NCBI GenBank assembly: GCA_020891255.1
Contig: BQFW01000009.1
Location: 1,178,001 to 1,242,000, forward strand
Direction: 5' to 3'
Origin: Entomortierella parvispora E1425
Lineage: Eukaryota; Fungi; Mortierellomycota
Length of the DNA stretch: 64,000 nucleotides
A program made the translations under genes and the position numbers. Below are positions 1 to 11,900 of this stretch, one piece after another. The notes beneath the pieces are model-generated. The model did not search any database. It saw nothing but the letters and a program-made list of their open reading frames with translations, and was not told the DNA's origin. Every line of letters begins with the position of its first letter. Position 1 is the stretch's first letter.

Positions 1-297
1 TTCAGAGTCCTCTTCCTCCTCATCGTCTTCATCAAGGTCGGCAGCAGACATGTCCTGGCCTTCCTCCTCGGGGAACTCTTCAGCATCCTCATCCTCGTCT
101 TCATCGTCGCCCTCGGAAGCGTCCTCGTCGTCCGAGTTCATATCAATGGCGACCTCGCCAAACTCGTCGTCAGACTCTTCCTTTGCCTCATCGACAGTTC
201 TCTTTCTGCTCTTGGGAGCAGGGGCGGCGGCCTTGTTGGGGGCGACTGGTGCAGGCTTGGCAGCGGCAGCAGCCTTTCGGGTGGGTCGTGCGGGCAT
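1..297 (-). CDS. 5' part of a protein with a basic then very acidic N-terminus (nucleolar-protein-like, e.g. Erb1/Bop1-type N-terminus; not identifiable); continues beyond the window start
   Basis: ATG at 297 opens a stop-free frame to base 1: MPARPTRKAAAAAKPAPVAPNKAAAPAPKSRKRTVDEAKEESDDEFGEVAIDMNSDDEDASEGDDEDE...; preceded by a pyrimidine-rich leader. Not in the ORF track because it has no stop in the window. Confidence 0.65.
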   Translation of the reverse strand, partial: MPARPTRKAAAAAKPAPVAPNKAAAPAPKSRKRTVDEAKEESDDEFGEVAIDMNSDDEDASEGDDEDEDEDAEEFPEEEGQDMSAADLDEDDEEEEDSE

Positions 298-813
298 GTG
301 CGGCGTATAGATATAGGTTGGAGGAGGCGGTCGATATTAAGATGGGTGCGGTGTGGATAAGATGAAGGGTGGACCACAAGACACGAAGGTTGTATTACGG
401 AAGGAAGGGGAGAATGGGAAGGGGTGAGATCAGACAGGCAGACTGCTGATGTGAATGAGCAATGATGCGATGCAAATTGCAATTGATGCTGCTTCTCAAA
501 GGGAAAAAAAAAGAAAAAAAAAGTAAGGTCCACGGATTGGTGGCTCGGCTCTGTTGATTTTTTTCTTTTTTATGTGGATGGCAGTCACTAAATTGCAACA
601 TGCTCAAGCAACGGGGCTCTTCGACTTCAAAGGACAAAGAAAACTGAAGGGAAACGAGAACAAAAGTTTATGACAATCTGCTCGATTTGAGGATTATTTT
701 ATTGGGAGAAAATTCTCACTTTATCAATCGCATGTTCATCCAAGAATGATCCAACGCTTGTCCAGCTGAACTACAACCCACTAAAACTTGCACACTGTTA
801 GACAGGGGCAAAT

Positions 814-2310
814 TTACTCGGCGTGCAAGGTCTCGAGGAAGGCAGCGGAGGTCTTGGGGGCCTTCTTGCCAGACTTGACAGACTTCTTGAGGATCTCGGC
901 ACGGCGGAGAGTCTGGGCATAGGGGTTGAGGCGGTTCATGACGGCCATCGACTTGAGGGGGTTCTTCTTCTGGGTGTAAGGGCGGGGGGTCTTGGCGGGA
1001 CCGGCAGCCTTCAAAGAACCCTGGATCTCAGCAGAGTTGATGATACGGGTAACATCAGGGTTGGACATGATGTGGGAAGGAAGGGAGTAGTCCTTCTTGA
1101 GGGCAGAGGCCTTGCGGTAGGTACCGTAGATCTGGTCCAACATGGCGAAAGCACCCTGGGTCCAGATGATGAAGCGACCCATGTGTCCACCGGGGGCGAG
1201 CTGCAACAAGTTGAGGGTGCGAACGTTAGCGAGCTCGACACCGGGGATGTTGCGGAAAGCCTTGACGATACCGTTGTCCTCGGAGTAGACAACGAGGGGA
1301 CCGCGGCGCTGGCGGTGACGACGGTTACGCATCTTACCAACACCAGCACGGAGCTTGCGGGAGTTGGAAACCTTGACGACATCAGCGTAGGCGTGGATGG
1401 ACTCGAGGAGAGCAACGGCAGCCTTGGTCTTGGTCAAAGACTCAACACCGGATCCGATGACGAGGGGAACCTCCTCGATCTGCTCAATTCTGTGACCACG
1501 GGCCAAGACCAAGGAAGGAAGGGCAGAGGCAGCCAAAGCAGAGGCAGTAGCGAAACGCTTCTGGTTCTGGTTGGTCTTGACGTGCCACTTGCGCCAGATC
1601 TTAGTGGGGGCGAACATACGACCTCCACGGCACATGTTACCGAAAGCGGCCTGGCCGGAACGGTGGGTACCGCCTCCAGAGACACGGGGGATACGGGCAA
1701 CAGCGCGACCGGTACCCCAGGACTCGGCAGAGGTCTGGTGACCAGCCTTCTCGGAGACGGAGTAGGCCTGGCGGTGGTTCTTGTTCATGTTCTTGTGGAC
1801 GAACTGGACAACATCAGGGCGGATAGGGGCCTTGAAGACAGCGGGCAAGACCTGGGTGCCAATGGCCTCCTTGCCAGACTCAGAGAAGATGGAGATAACG
1901 GGACGAGCAGCCTAATGGAGTGGTTGATGATCGTTTAGCAATCTGGTCCAAAAGTGCACTCTCTGTGAACTGAATCTTTTTATCCCGAGAAATCCTCCCG
2001 CCAACGCCTCTGATTGCGCCCTCCTTTGGAGGGATGCAGAGATTGCTCTGATCCCATTAGAGATTCGACCTTCCTCCAGAAAGAAAAATAGCCATCCTGA
2101 TGACTGGATCAGTCATTCATCTCCATGAGGTGAAGATCAAGACTTCAAGATCTGAAGGACGAAAGCATTGGTCTCTGATCGGCCGTCGATAGCCGTTGTG
2201 ACGGACCGCAAGAGTCTGTTGCAATGGATGCTTGCGTCGGTCGATGGATGGATGGATGGATGTTCTCTCCCGTTGGATGATCCAGCACAGCGGTGTCTCT
2301 GCGTTACCAT
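814..2310 (-). CDS. RPL4: 60S ribosomal protein uL4; exon 1 is the ATG alone (2310-2308), intron 2307-1912, exon 2 1911-814
   Basis: Translation [15 protein letters not shown]...[11 protein letters not shown]...[22 protein letters not shown]...[14 protein letters not shown] is canonical uL4. Minus strand reads caaaaATG|gtaacg at the donor and cattag|GCTGCT at the acceptor. Confidence 0.98.
1961..2215 (-). ncRNA. Candidate intron-encoded structured RNA (possible H/ACA snoRNA) in the RPL4 intron
   Basis: The 396-nt intron is 3-4 times longer than most introns here. It has several hairpins and an ACA triplet (1966-1964) close to a GAATCT/AGATTC stem. No rRNA target was identified. Confidence 0.3.
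2243..2262. repeat. (GATG)5 microsatellite in the RPL4 intron
   Basis: gatggatggatggatggatg read directly. Confidence 0.9.
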
Positions 2311-3984
2311 TTTTGTATAGGTGGATTGAAAGAGGAGGAACAATCTGTCGCACAGGCTGGGAGCAATTTATTGGTGCGCAAAGCCACCGGCCGCTTTTCA
2401 TTTTTTTTTTTTTTTTCCCATTAAGCTTTTGCACTTCAGGCACCGACTGCAAGACAGACCCAGCCTCCGACACCACCAATTGCTTTGCCTGCGTTGGCTG
2501 TCTCCCCCTTTCGTAGTTGCTTACGCCTCCAGCAGACTACTATGTAAGAGTCGCTGCTGCTTGCGGCCACGTACCTTCCAGTCGTCTTCGTCAATTGAGC
2601 GCAGAGTGCATCGACTTTGGTTGTCTTGCTTCACATTTCATCTTCAACGAGTAGAAAAGGTTGCAGCGTGTGCGTTGTGCTCGGCGTGTCCTCTCCTCTC
2701 TCTTTCGTACTTGTTCATTGCCTCACCTGTGCAAGTGAACAACGAAGGGCCATATCTACTCCTTCTCGATCCTGCTCCAAGGAGGGCTCGATTGAGCATC
2801 ACGTTCTTCATGTCTGTGCCTTCATTAACACTCGATTAGATCATATTCTTCCCCATCTACTGGCGTTCTTGTTCAAACAGGACAGGATGCCTTTATATGA
2901 TAATTGAGCACGCCCCCTATCTTCGCCTTCTGCAGTCAGGCTTTCTGAAAAAAAAAAAGCGGGAAGAGCGACCAAAGGAGACTGAGGGGGTTTCAACCGT
3001 CGAGCTGAGCGCACAGACTGCAGAGCGAAGACGCGTCTAGCTATCATTTCCTTTATTCCACCTTGCTCCATTGAATGGAGTGTATCATAGACGCTTCCGA
3101 AAGGTTCAGGATTTGAACTTATGATTCGATGCGAAACAGATTGGCCATTCCGTAGTTGATCCAAAGAGTTCTCAGTAGTATGGCCAATATCTCTTACTCA
3201 AGAAGGAAGGTGAATTTGCAAATAACTAGAGTCCAAAACCGCTCCAACGGGAAAACAACCTTTTCATTAGAAAAGTCGCTGACCCTCATTGTATCATTGT
3301 AAGAGTGGATGATATGTCATGAGGAGGTCAAAGACGCAGTGGCCTCTTTAAGTCGGTGATCAGATGCTGCAAGAAGCGGTAGCATCCATTCGTGTGCACG
3401 TTGTTGCTTGGTCTTGCAATGAACACAGTCGACCGGGAAAGTGGCGTTCCAGATAAATCCATCTCCGATCAGACTTGTCGTGCGTGCGTCCTCGGTATCG
3501 AATGAATGCCCGACTGGAGGGAGGATCCTCGTCTGTGCAATACCTGCAGCTTCCTTCAGCGCCACAATCTTTTCAAACGGAATCGTCTGCCCATTTGTAC
3601 GGGACACCAATGGACATGGCCTGTGGAGAAGGAAGCTCATTTGGTGGCGTGGTCATGTTGCATGGCACGAGGACCGCTCGACCCCAAGGGGGCAGACCGT
3701 GCAGCCGCCTCGTTGCCCCATCTCCCCGACGATGGCATTCTCCGTCCCATCCCTTTCAGTTCCAGCCGTCCATCCCCCAAAGTGCTCATCACCCTTGGCG
3801 TTTCCCGGCACATCTTCCTGTCCCTGACCTAATCGTTCTCTTTAGACTTCTTCTGTGCCTCGCCTGGAACCGCTATATTTGGCCGCTCCTCCCCTCGCTT
3901 TTTTGGACTCTTTTTCACCCTCGTCGTTCTCTCCTCACCTTTCTCCCATTCCTTTCATTCCTCTCCATTCTCCATTTTGCAATC

Positions 3985-5426
3985 ATGGGCTGGCAACCAA
4001 TGGAACCCGATTACGCCCTCTGTGGCATGAACAACTGGGTCGGGTCCTTTGATCCTATCAAGTTTATCTACTTCATGCTGGCCACCGTCCTGATCCCATA
4101 TCCTGTCTACATTTTTGTCGCGACCGTGTTCAATTGGGAGCACCGAGCCAAGCGGCCAGCAAGACACTACCAGGACGTGCTGAACGCGACCTCGTATGGC
4201 GTCATTGTCTTTATATTTGGCAACTATGCTCAGACACTCAAGTAAACTACAGACTTACGATGACATGGATTTGTACCTGAACCATCCTCTCTTGATATCC
4301 ACTACTCACCAACTGTTATCTGCCTGCAATAGCTGGATCACCATCCTGGCCTTTTGGATTACATGGCCAAGCTACTCTGTAAGCATTTGGCAAGCCTGTC
4401 GCATTATACCATCCTGCCAATTGCTGTTGGAAAACACTAACACAGACTCATTGTCTCTTAGATGATCGCTGAGCTTGACTTTGCAAAGACATCGCTCCCC
4501 TCATGGAAGACATGGCCCTTTGGAATGTATGCTCTTTTCGCTGGTGCTACAGCTGTAGTACTTGTTTTTGCAGGATATCACATTTACTTGGCCATTGTCC
4601 TCACAAGAACGATCCCCGGGTTTGTTGGTTATTACCTCTTGGGGCTTCTAATCCCCGTGATCTTGACCTTGATCGCGTATGCCTGCTTGAAGCAGCAGAA
4701 CAAAGACTTTTTCCATCTGTCACGATTGTACAACTGGATGCTACTGTTGCAGTGGAAACGAGAAGCATTTGTCGCAGCGAGCAAGGCTCGTAAACTGAAG
4801 AAGGCAAACGATACCAAGTTGCAGACCATTGATCCCCCTTCGTCTGCCGAGAATGGAAGTGCAGGAGTGCAGGATGCAGGTGCAGGTACAGTTGTTGTTC
4901 ACGTGGATGACAGTGGCGGCCACTCCTCTTCTTTTGGCGGACCAGGCAATAGTTCCCTTCATGAATCAGAGCCATCGTCGACCGGAAATGGAAGCCGCCT
5001 TGTCAGTCGTGTCGGAAGTCTTGATCCTCTAGTCGATCGCCGCAATCAATATAATAACACTTCACCTATTCCCACAGACGCTTCCACCGCCGCTGCCGCC
5101 ACCTCCGCTGCTTCCCCAGCCCTAGCAGAGCCAGAGGTTTCGATCCAGCCGTACCAGCCTTATGTTTGGTCTGCCGCCATCCCTGGTTACTTCCACCCAC
5201 ACCACTGGCAGTTGTTCTATACACTTGCCCTCTTTACAAGATTTGATCATTGGGTGTCTCGAGTTGGTGGAGGAATTACACTTGGATGTTACATGCAGGG
5301 TATCATGGGTAAGGGAGATAGTGTTTGCTGTGATGATGTGTTTGCTCCTTTGTCAGATACTCATTACTGCTTTTTTTATTTTTTTCAATACTAGCCTACG
5401 GCTTTGACTACCTCATTGAAGAATAG
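3985..5426 (+). CDS. Uncharacterised multi-pass membrane protein, ~393 aa, 4 exons (3985-4241, 4333-4378, 4462-5308, 5395-5426)
   Basis: GT-AG introns join into one open frame of 1182 nt. It has several hydrophobic helices, a long low-complexity loop and a C-terminal HPHHWQLFYTLALFTRF...GCYMQGIMAYGFD segment. Confidence 0.8.
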
Positions 5427-5928
5427 TTTGGTCTCTCCATAATCTACACATTCTTAATAATATAATTCTATCTCATTAATGCCACACACCGTCTGACTCT
5501 TTGATGGACAGGAGGAAGGAGAAAGGAAGCGACGCGGTCCTAACGCGACGCGTCTTTTGCCTTTGCCGTCCCCGTGACTGCCTGCTGAGAACATGGTCCA
5601 TACTCCACAGCAGTTCCAATGCATGCTTGCATCCGCATCGTCCTTTATTCTCTCTCCTCGCATTACATTCCCAATCCACCTTGGTCCCCACAAAGACCAG
5701 ACCCTGTCACGACTCCGACACAGACTCACTGTTGAGACGGACCGTGCCCCTGTAAGAAAGGCAACTGCATGGCAGGCGCTCTCCCGTCTGTGACACCATC
5801 GCAATAACTGACCATCTGCAACGTTCTTTTGGAGACAGCCATGCCATCAGACTGCCTCTGCCTCTGTTCATCTCCCTCATTCTAGACATCCATAGACACA
5901 TTCCACAAATCAGCAGAGACAGCCAGGA

Positions 5929-8900
5929 ATGAACACCGACGAACGCTCGCATCCTCCGCATCCGCTTCAGGAGAATCAGGATCAAGGCCGCCTGCAGACA
6001 TCACCACTCCCCCACAATCACCAGGACCTCCATCAGACGCCTCTGCCTTCGCCCTCATTGCTCTCTGTGCCCTCCGAGTATACATCATTGCCTCCACATT
6101 CGCCTCAGCCATTGTCCTTTTCATCTTCGCTGCATACGCATTCTCAGCATGAGTTCCCTCAAGGCGAAGATTTGCCTGGCGCCGAGGCCTCCAAAGGGGT
6201 GACACCCACCCCACGGATAGGGTCGACTGGATCTCAGATTTTGTCGACTGTCAATGAGGTCCGAAAGAGAACAGGGCGCAGGATCATGCACAAGCCGCGA
6301 CCTTTGGACCTTGATCATACCCGACTGCATGGTAGGGACTCACAACAGCACTCCTCGTCAGTCTCTGGTGGGTCCGCCGCATCTGATAGGCCGCCTACAT
6401 CTGCGATTCCAGGATCTACTTCTGGATCTGGATCGAATATAGCTGCATCCAGTGAACAGACAGAACCAAAGAAGCATCGAATGGCGAAATTTCCTTTGTT
6501 GCATATCAGGACCGACCTCAACCATCCCACGGCCTTTCGTCGATCGCCGCCACCCACCGCTGTCAGTCACTCCAGCGACCAGAACAACAACATCAATGCC
6601 ACCAAAAATGATACCAGCCAAGCTGCCAATGCCAGCAACAGCAACAATCTTAATAACGAGTCCCGGAGAAAGGAGCCAAGTGTATGGCAAGTGGGCCTGG
6701 AACGAATGCTCAAGAAAATTCAGAGGAGAAAGCGGGCGCCTTCAAATTTGGTGTGGTACGCGGCGCATTCGACAGAGTCATACCTCTCTGGTGCCACCAT
6801 GGAATCAAGGCCTGGTGCAGTGAAGCGGGAGATAGATGCGGAAGTAGAGGATCTCTATTTTGGACACGACAAACCGCCGCAGTGGGTTGTAGATTCATTG
6901 CAGGGCGAGGGCGGGGATCTCTTTTATAGCGATGACACTGTCGACCTTGTCATGGGCTTGCGCGAATATCTAATCGAAGCGACTGCTGCGGGCTGGAACG
7001 TCGCTGAACTAAAGGAAGAGATCTTTCCAATGTAAGATATGTGGAGGAATTTGAAAGGACAAAAAAAAAAAAAAAAAAACAAGTAGGCCTTGTTGCTGAC
7101 TACCGTTTTTCTATTCTTTGTCGCGAAATATAGTGCTTCAAAGTCGATCTTCCATCGCAGGAATAGATCGGTGTCACCTCATGGATCGCAACACGGAAGT
7201 CCCAGCAGGACCTCGCCTGCCATGCACGCCTCTGCCCCGTCCTCCCCCGGGTCATCACATGGATCTCACGGATCTCCTACTTGTTCAAGGAAAGGCTCGA
7301 GGGGTTCCATGGACATGGACTTTCTCTCCCAGAATGCCCAAGCAGCCCGATATGAGGATGAAGACAGTTCATATCGCCTCCTCGACTATTTCATGGCAAT
7401 TTTGTCCGACATTATTTCCCATGATTGTCGATACCGTGTGCAACATCCGCGACCCTCTCGACCTGACTGGATACTACACACCCTTGTTCTCGATATACTC
7501 TATTATCTTTCAAAGGCACTGGCTCAGGACCACAAAGCAATTTACGACATTGGGATGATCTCCTTGTCTGCGTTCCCAGTGTTCAAGAACTACGCACTAA
7601 TTCGGCTATTGGATCTCCTCACAGACGGAATTTTGCCTTCGTTTGCAGCATCGAGAACACGGCAGCTTCCAACGGTTACTTCGCCACCAATAATGTCCCC
7701 AACCTCAAATACTCCTCTATCGCCATCTGAAATCCGAGTACAATTGGACAACAACCAAACATTCGCAATCCAAGTGCACTCACCAACAGAAGAGCAAGGT
7801 ATGCTTTCAGTTCCCCGACAGAGCAGGCCTTCTCTCGCCTCTCCTCAAGCCAATAGTTCACGATCAAGTTCAACATCGCTCTCACGGACTGGACCCACTG
7901 CTCAGGCGCAAGAGACTATGGATACACACGCGTCATCACTCATCTCGCTAACGTTACTAGCAGTGCTGCAACAGATTTCGTTTTCAAAGTCTCCCTTGCC
8001 AGTTGCAAAGCAAATCCAAAAGTCAGTGGGCGGCCTATTGAAAATCAAACCTGACCTCTCATCCGATTTGCTGGAGGTCATAGCAGTGGTGGAGAATGAA
8101 AAGGTGATGAGAAGGGCCTTGGAAGTCCTATGGTGGATCGGTCGACCTTCTCTTGGACATCTCACCATCGGAGAAAAATTCTTCCCACTAGATTATGACT
8201 CTATTCTTCTGATGCGACAGATACAGCACGAGCAGAGTGACCCCACTGCTGCTGTTCTTGACCCTCGAGCAAATACTGCCACCAGCGAATCAATGTTCTC
8301 CTTCAGGAGAGGTTCAATCGACGACAGCTTACCAAGGATCGCAGTGCCCTCCAGGAATGACACGACCGGAAGCTCCAAGTTCCGCGCCAAAGTTCCATCC
8401 CGTTCAACACTACCTTGGAGAACATCCCATAACCACGACCACCCCGCCTCTGTTTCGAATCAACAGCAGCCAACACTTGCTCCTGTAGGCACCGACTTCT
8501 TGGCCGACCATGAATTATACCCATACATGTTTTCGACATTGGACACCCTGCCTCAAGGCGGTATCGAACTTAATGCCTGCGAGAGATGCGAGGTGGCCAT
8601 GAAGGGATTTGGTCTTCACTGTTACCATTGCCGAGGATCGCTTCATTTAGATTGCTTTTATTCCATCAAGAAATTCGCGGGTATCGACTGCCTCCCCGTA
8701 GGCTGTGCATTCGATGGACTGTCAAGGCAACCCCGGAATCAACTCATGTATCCAGATGAGAGTGGTGTTTACGAGAACTTCACCAACCGGACCTTCCGAA
8801 TGCGATCTGGCCATCATCTCCAGTTAGTGAACTTGTTCTCGACCTGTTTGTGCTCAGCCTGCAAGTTGCCGCTCTGGGGTCACCATCATCAAGCATACCG

Positions 8901-11900
8901 ATGTGTCGAATGTTCCCAGATCATGCACTTGGACTGCAGTGGCGCACCAGCAGACTGCAGCGTTGTTTCTCAACCTCTGGCACTCAGAAATTCATTCCCA
9001 ACCAGTATTGCATACGAGGATCTCAGAAAAAGCTTCCTGGAATTCTACGCTCAACTCCACGGAACATGGGAAATGCTCCAAAACGCCAATGTTGTGTCGG
9101 GATCCTATTCGCTTTCACCTACAGGAAAGTCTACTCCCTCTCAAACAAAGGACCGCTTTTCATACGAGGAAGCAAGCTGCAGTGCAAGCGTGCTAACATT
9201 GCAACTGGAGCTCTTTAAAAATGGAATTCAGCGAGGCGAGATTCAAGTACTGGAATGGATAGCGCAAGCGGGACCATCAACAGGCCTTAGTGACAGCGAC
9301 ATTTCAACCTCGGTGGAGCAGATGGCGTCTAGTCAATTTGAACTTTTGCGGATGCAAACGTACTTTTCTGATCTGGTCCAGCTTCTGCTACTTCCAGGAC
9401 AGTCCACTTCAGCGCCAACACTGTTCCTCAGTGATTTCTTAGAGGACCAAAAACCCGATCAGTTCCTGCTGTTCTCGGAAGGATATTGGCGCCATCTGGC
9501 GGCACTGGTCAAGACTATGATATCCGAAGTCGAGGCATCGCAGTCGACATTTTCTCACCATTTCTTCTTTCGGTCAAGCGAAGGCGGTTCGAATGAGGAG
9601 GATGCGTTTTCGATTGGATTGGATTCTGCTCAGGAAAAACTGTTGGCTAGGCACTCTGTTCACTCCTCGAATATGTCGCTGGCGAGTATCTTCCGTTTCT
9701 GCATGAAACGTCTCGATTTCCAAAGCTCCTGGTCGATGGAGCAAGTTCTACAAGAGTGGGTCAAGCTGGGACTACTGGAACGTCTGGATGGAGAGCTCGT
9801 CTTGTTTGAAGACGCCGTCGTAACGCTTCCATCAGAGGTAGAGCAGGTCGCAGGTGCACCAAATGTGCCCACAGTACAGACAACCTCATTTGAGGATGAC
9901 CGGGATGCTCCGCAGGATGTCCAGAGGCGAGTGGCAATCAGGAATGTTCATTGTCTCTTTCCCATCATCACGGCGATTGACCCTACCTCGGAGGTCGAAA
10001 ATCTGATTCACGCCGTTTGGCGTTGTCTCTCCAGCATGGATTTATCCGTGAACGAGTGCGGGTTCCTGATTCTCTCCCGTCAGTGCTGGCCAGATCCTTT
10101 CATGTCGGATTATACGGCCGAAAGGTTATTGGGATGCTTATTCCATTGGCTATTGTTGGAAGACGACCAACTGTCTGTCATCCACAAGAATTATATTTCA
10201 CGAGGAAAGAAAATCCCAGGCGTACGACACGGTCTAGAAGAGCAGATCGCGAGGAAGAAGATGGTTCTCGGCGCACTCAATATATCGGGCGCTGGCACAG
10301 ATACAGGAATCAGTGGTAGTTCGACAGCCACGGGTTCGACAGCCGCGGCTCAAAAGAGTGCCAGGAGTAACTCGAGTTTCTCCAATACGTTCGGAGAAGT
10401 TGGCTCCTACATGACAGGAAGGAAGTTGCTGGCCCAAAAGTTTGCATTGCCTTGGCTGAAGAAGATCATGGATTTGGATCCGGAGCGGTATTTGGAGATG
10501 ACCTATCGACAAATTCGAATCTTGGAGAGGGAAATGGCATCTGAAAATGACGGCGTCTACCAAACCGAAACGGAACAACAGGTAAGAAGGCCATGCACGT
10601 CGAGTCCACTAATACCAATCCTCACCCCTATGGTAGCACTTGTATTGATTTACTCCCTTTTTTTTTATGTAGCAATTTCGACACGACCAAGCCGAGAGAT
10701 ATCTGGAGTACATTACAAAGTTGCGACAGGCTGGGTTTCTTTTCACACAGTTCCCTAATGTCCTTTGTCAATGGCTGGACGAGATGGAAGAAATGCTGGA
10801 AGGGCTGGATATGTCCAGTAAGGCTTTCAAGTCCATGAACCGACTCTTTTTAAAAGCAAGCAGCAGCTCTGGCAGCAGGAATGCCAGTGGACTTGCGGTC
10901 AGCCATATGAATCCTCTCAGCGGCGACCATTCCACTCCTGCCTCTATCTCTGGAAACAGCGAGTGGCGACATCGTCTCAAGAGCAAACTGCACCATCGCC
11001 ATCAAAAGGGACAGTCCTCTCCCGTGAGCTCGGAGCACGTGGCAGACGCCTTGACTGATGGTCCAATTCCGGTATTTGAACCTCTGAAACAACAGGAGGA
11101 TCGAAATGAAAATCCAGTGGGGACAATTCGGATGCTACTGAAGGGCCCACATGGCCAAGGTCTCCAGAGAGCCTTGCACTGGCTTCGAATTATGGTCGGG
11201 AGTGGTGTTCACATCCCTTTTCAAGCGTTCATGGATTGTTGTGATCGTCTTGTGGACATGTCCAACACCCACTCCTCGCCTCTAGGCACTCCAGCCAAAT
11301 TTCAGGATGGGGTTGCTGCCGCCCCCGAAGCTTCCTCGATCGCAGCCCTCCAACAGGCAATGAGGGCTAAAGAATTAGATACACTCGTTAGCTCTCTCGA
11401 GTTTCTAGAGGCTAACTGGGATTACATTGTGTTCTCCAGTCATCGCATGTCAGAATCCGACACGAGCCAAGTCCTGGACACAGTTTTATCAACGAACCGG
11501 GAGATGATCCTCAGGATTATCAGCACTCCGTTGCGTGATGTGGACATGGACATGCTGGGAAGGTAATAACTCTTGCAATGCCAAGTAGTTTGTGGAAATA
11601 TTATGGAGATGGTTGTTAACACACTGTTGGTACTATGGCCGCCTGGTTTTTATAGGGTTAAAAAGCTACTAAAGTTTGCGCTGGCAATCCTAATGTATAC
11701 ATGGGGTTGCCCTATTCACGATATCCTGGTACTGGAAATTGCCGGTCCAAACAAGAAGGCATCCAAGTAAGATTACACTTCCTGAGCTCATGACTATGAG
11801 ATTGACTGGCCATTCTTCAGCAAGCTAATTGTCGCTTTTTTTTGTGGAGTTTTATAGTACAACGGGCAAGCAATCCTCCGGATTCATGCCGCAGCATCCT

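Noticed and set aside
823-1938. 371-aa plus-strand ORF antisense to RPL4
   Set aside because: It mirrors the RPL4 codons; strong codon bias in highly expressed genes removes antisense stops. The translation has no protein-like features.
2096-2120. CTGATGA resembling a hammerhead core or C box
   Set aside because: It lies on the non-transcribed strand of the RPL4 intron, with no GAAA/stem II arrangement and no matching D box.
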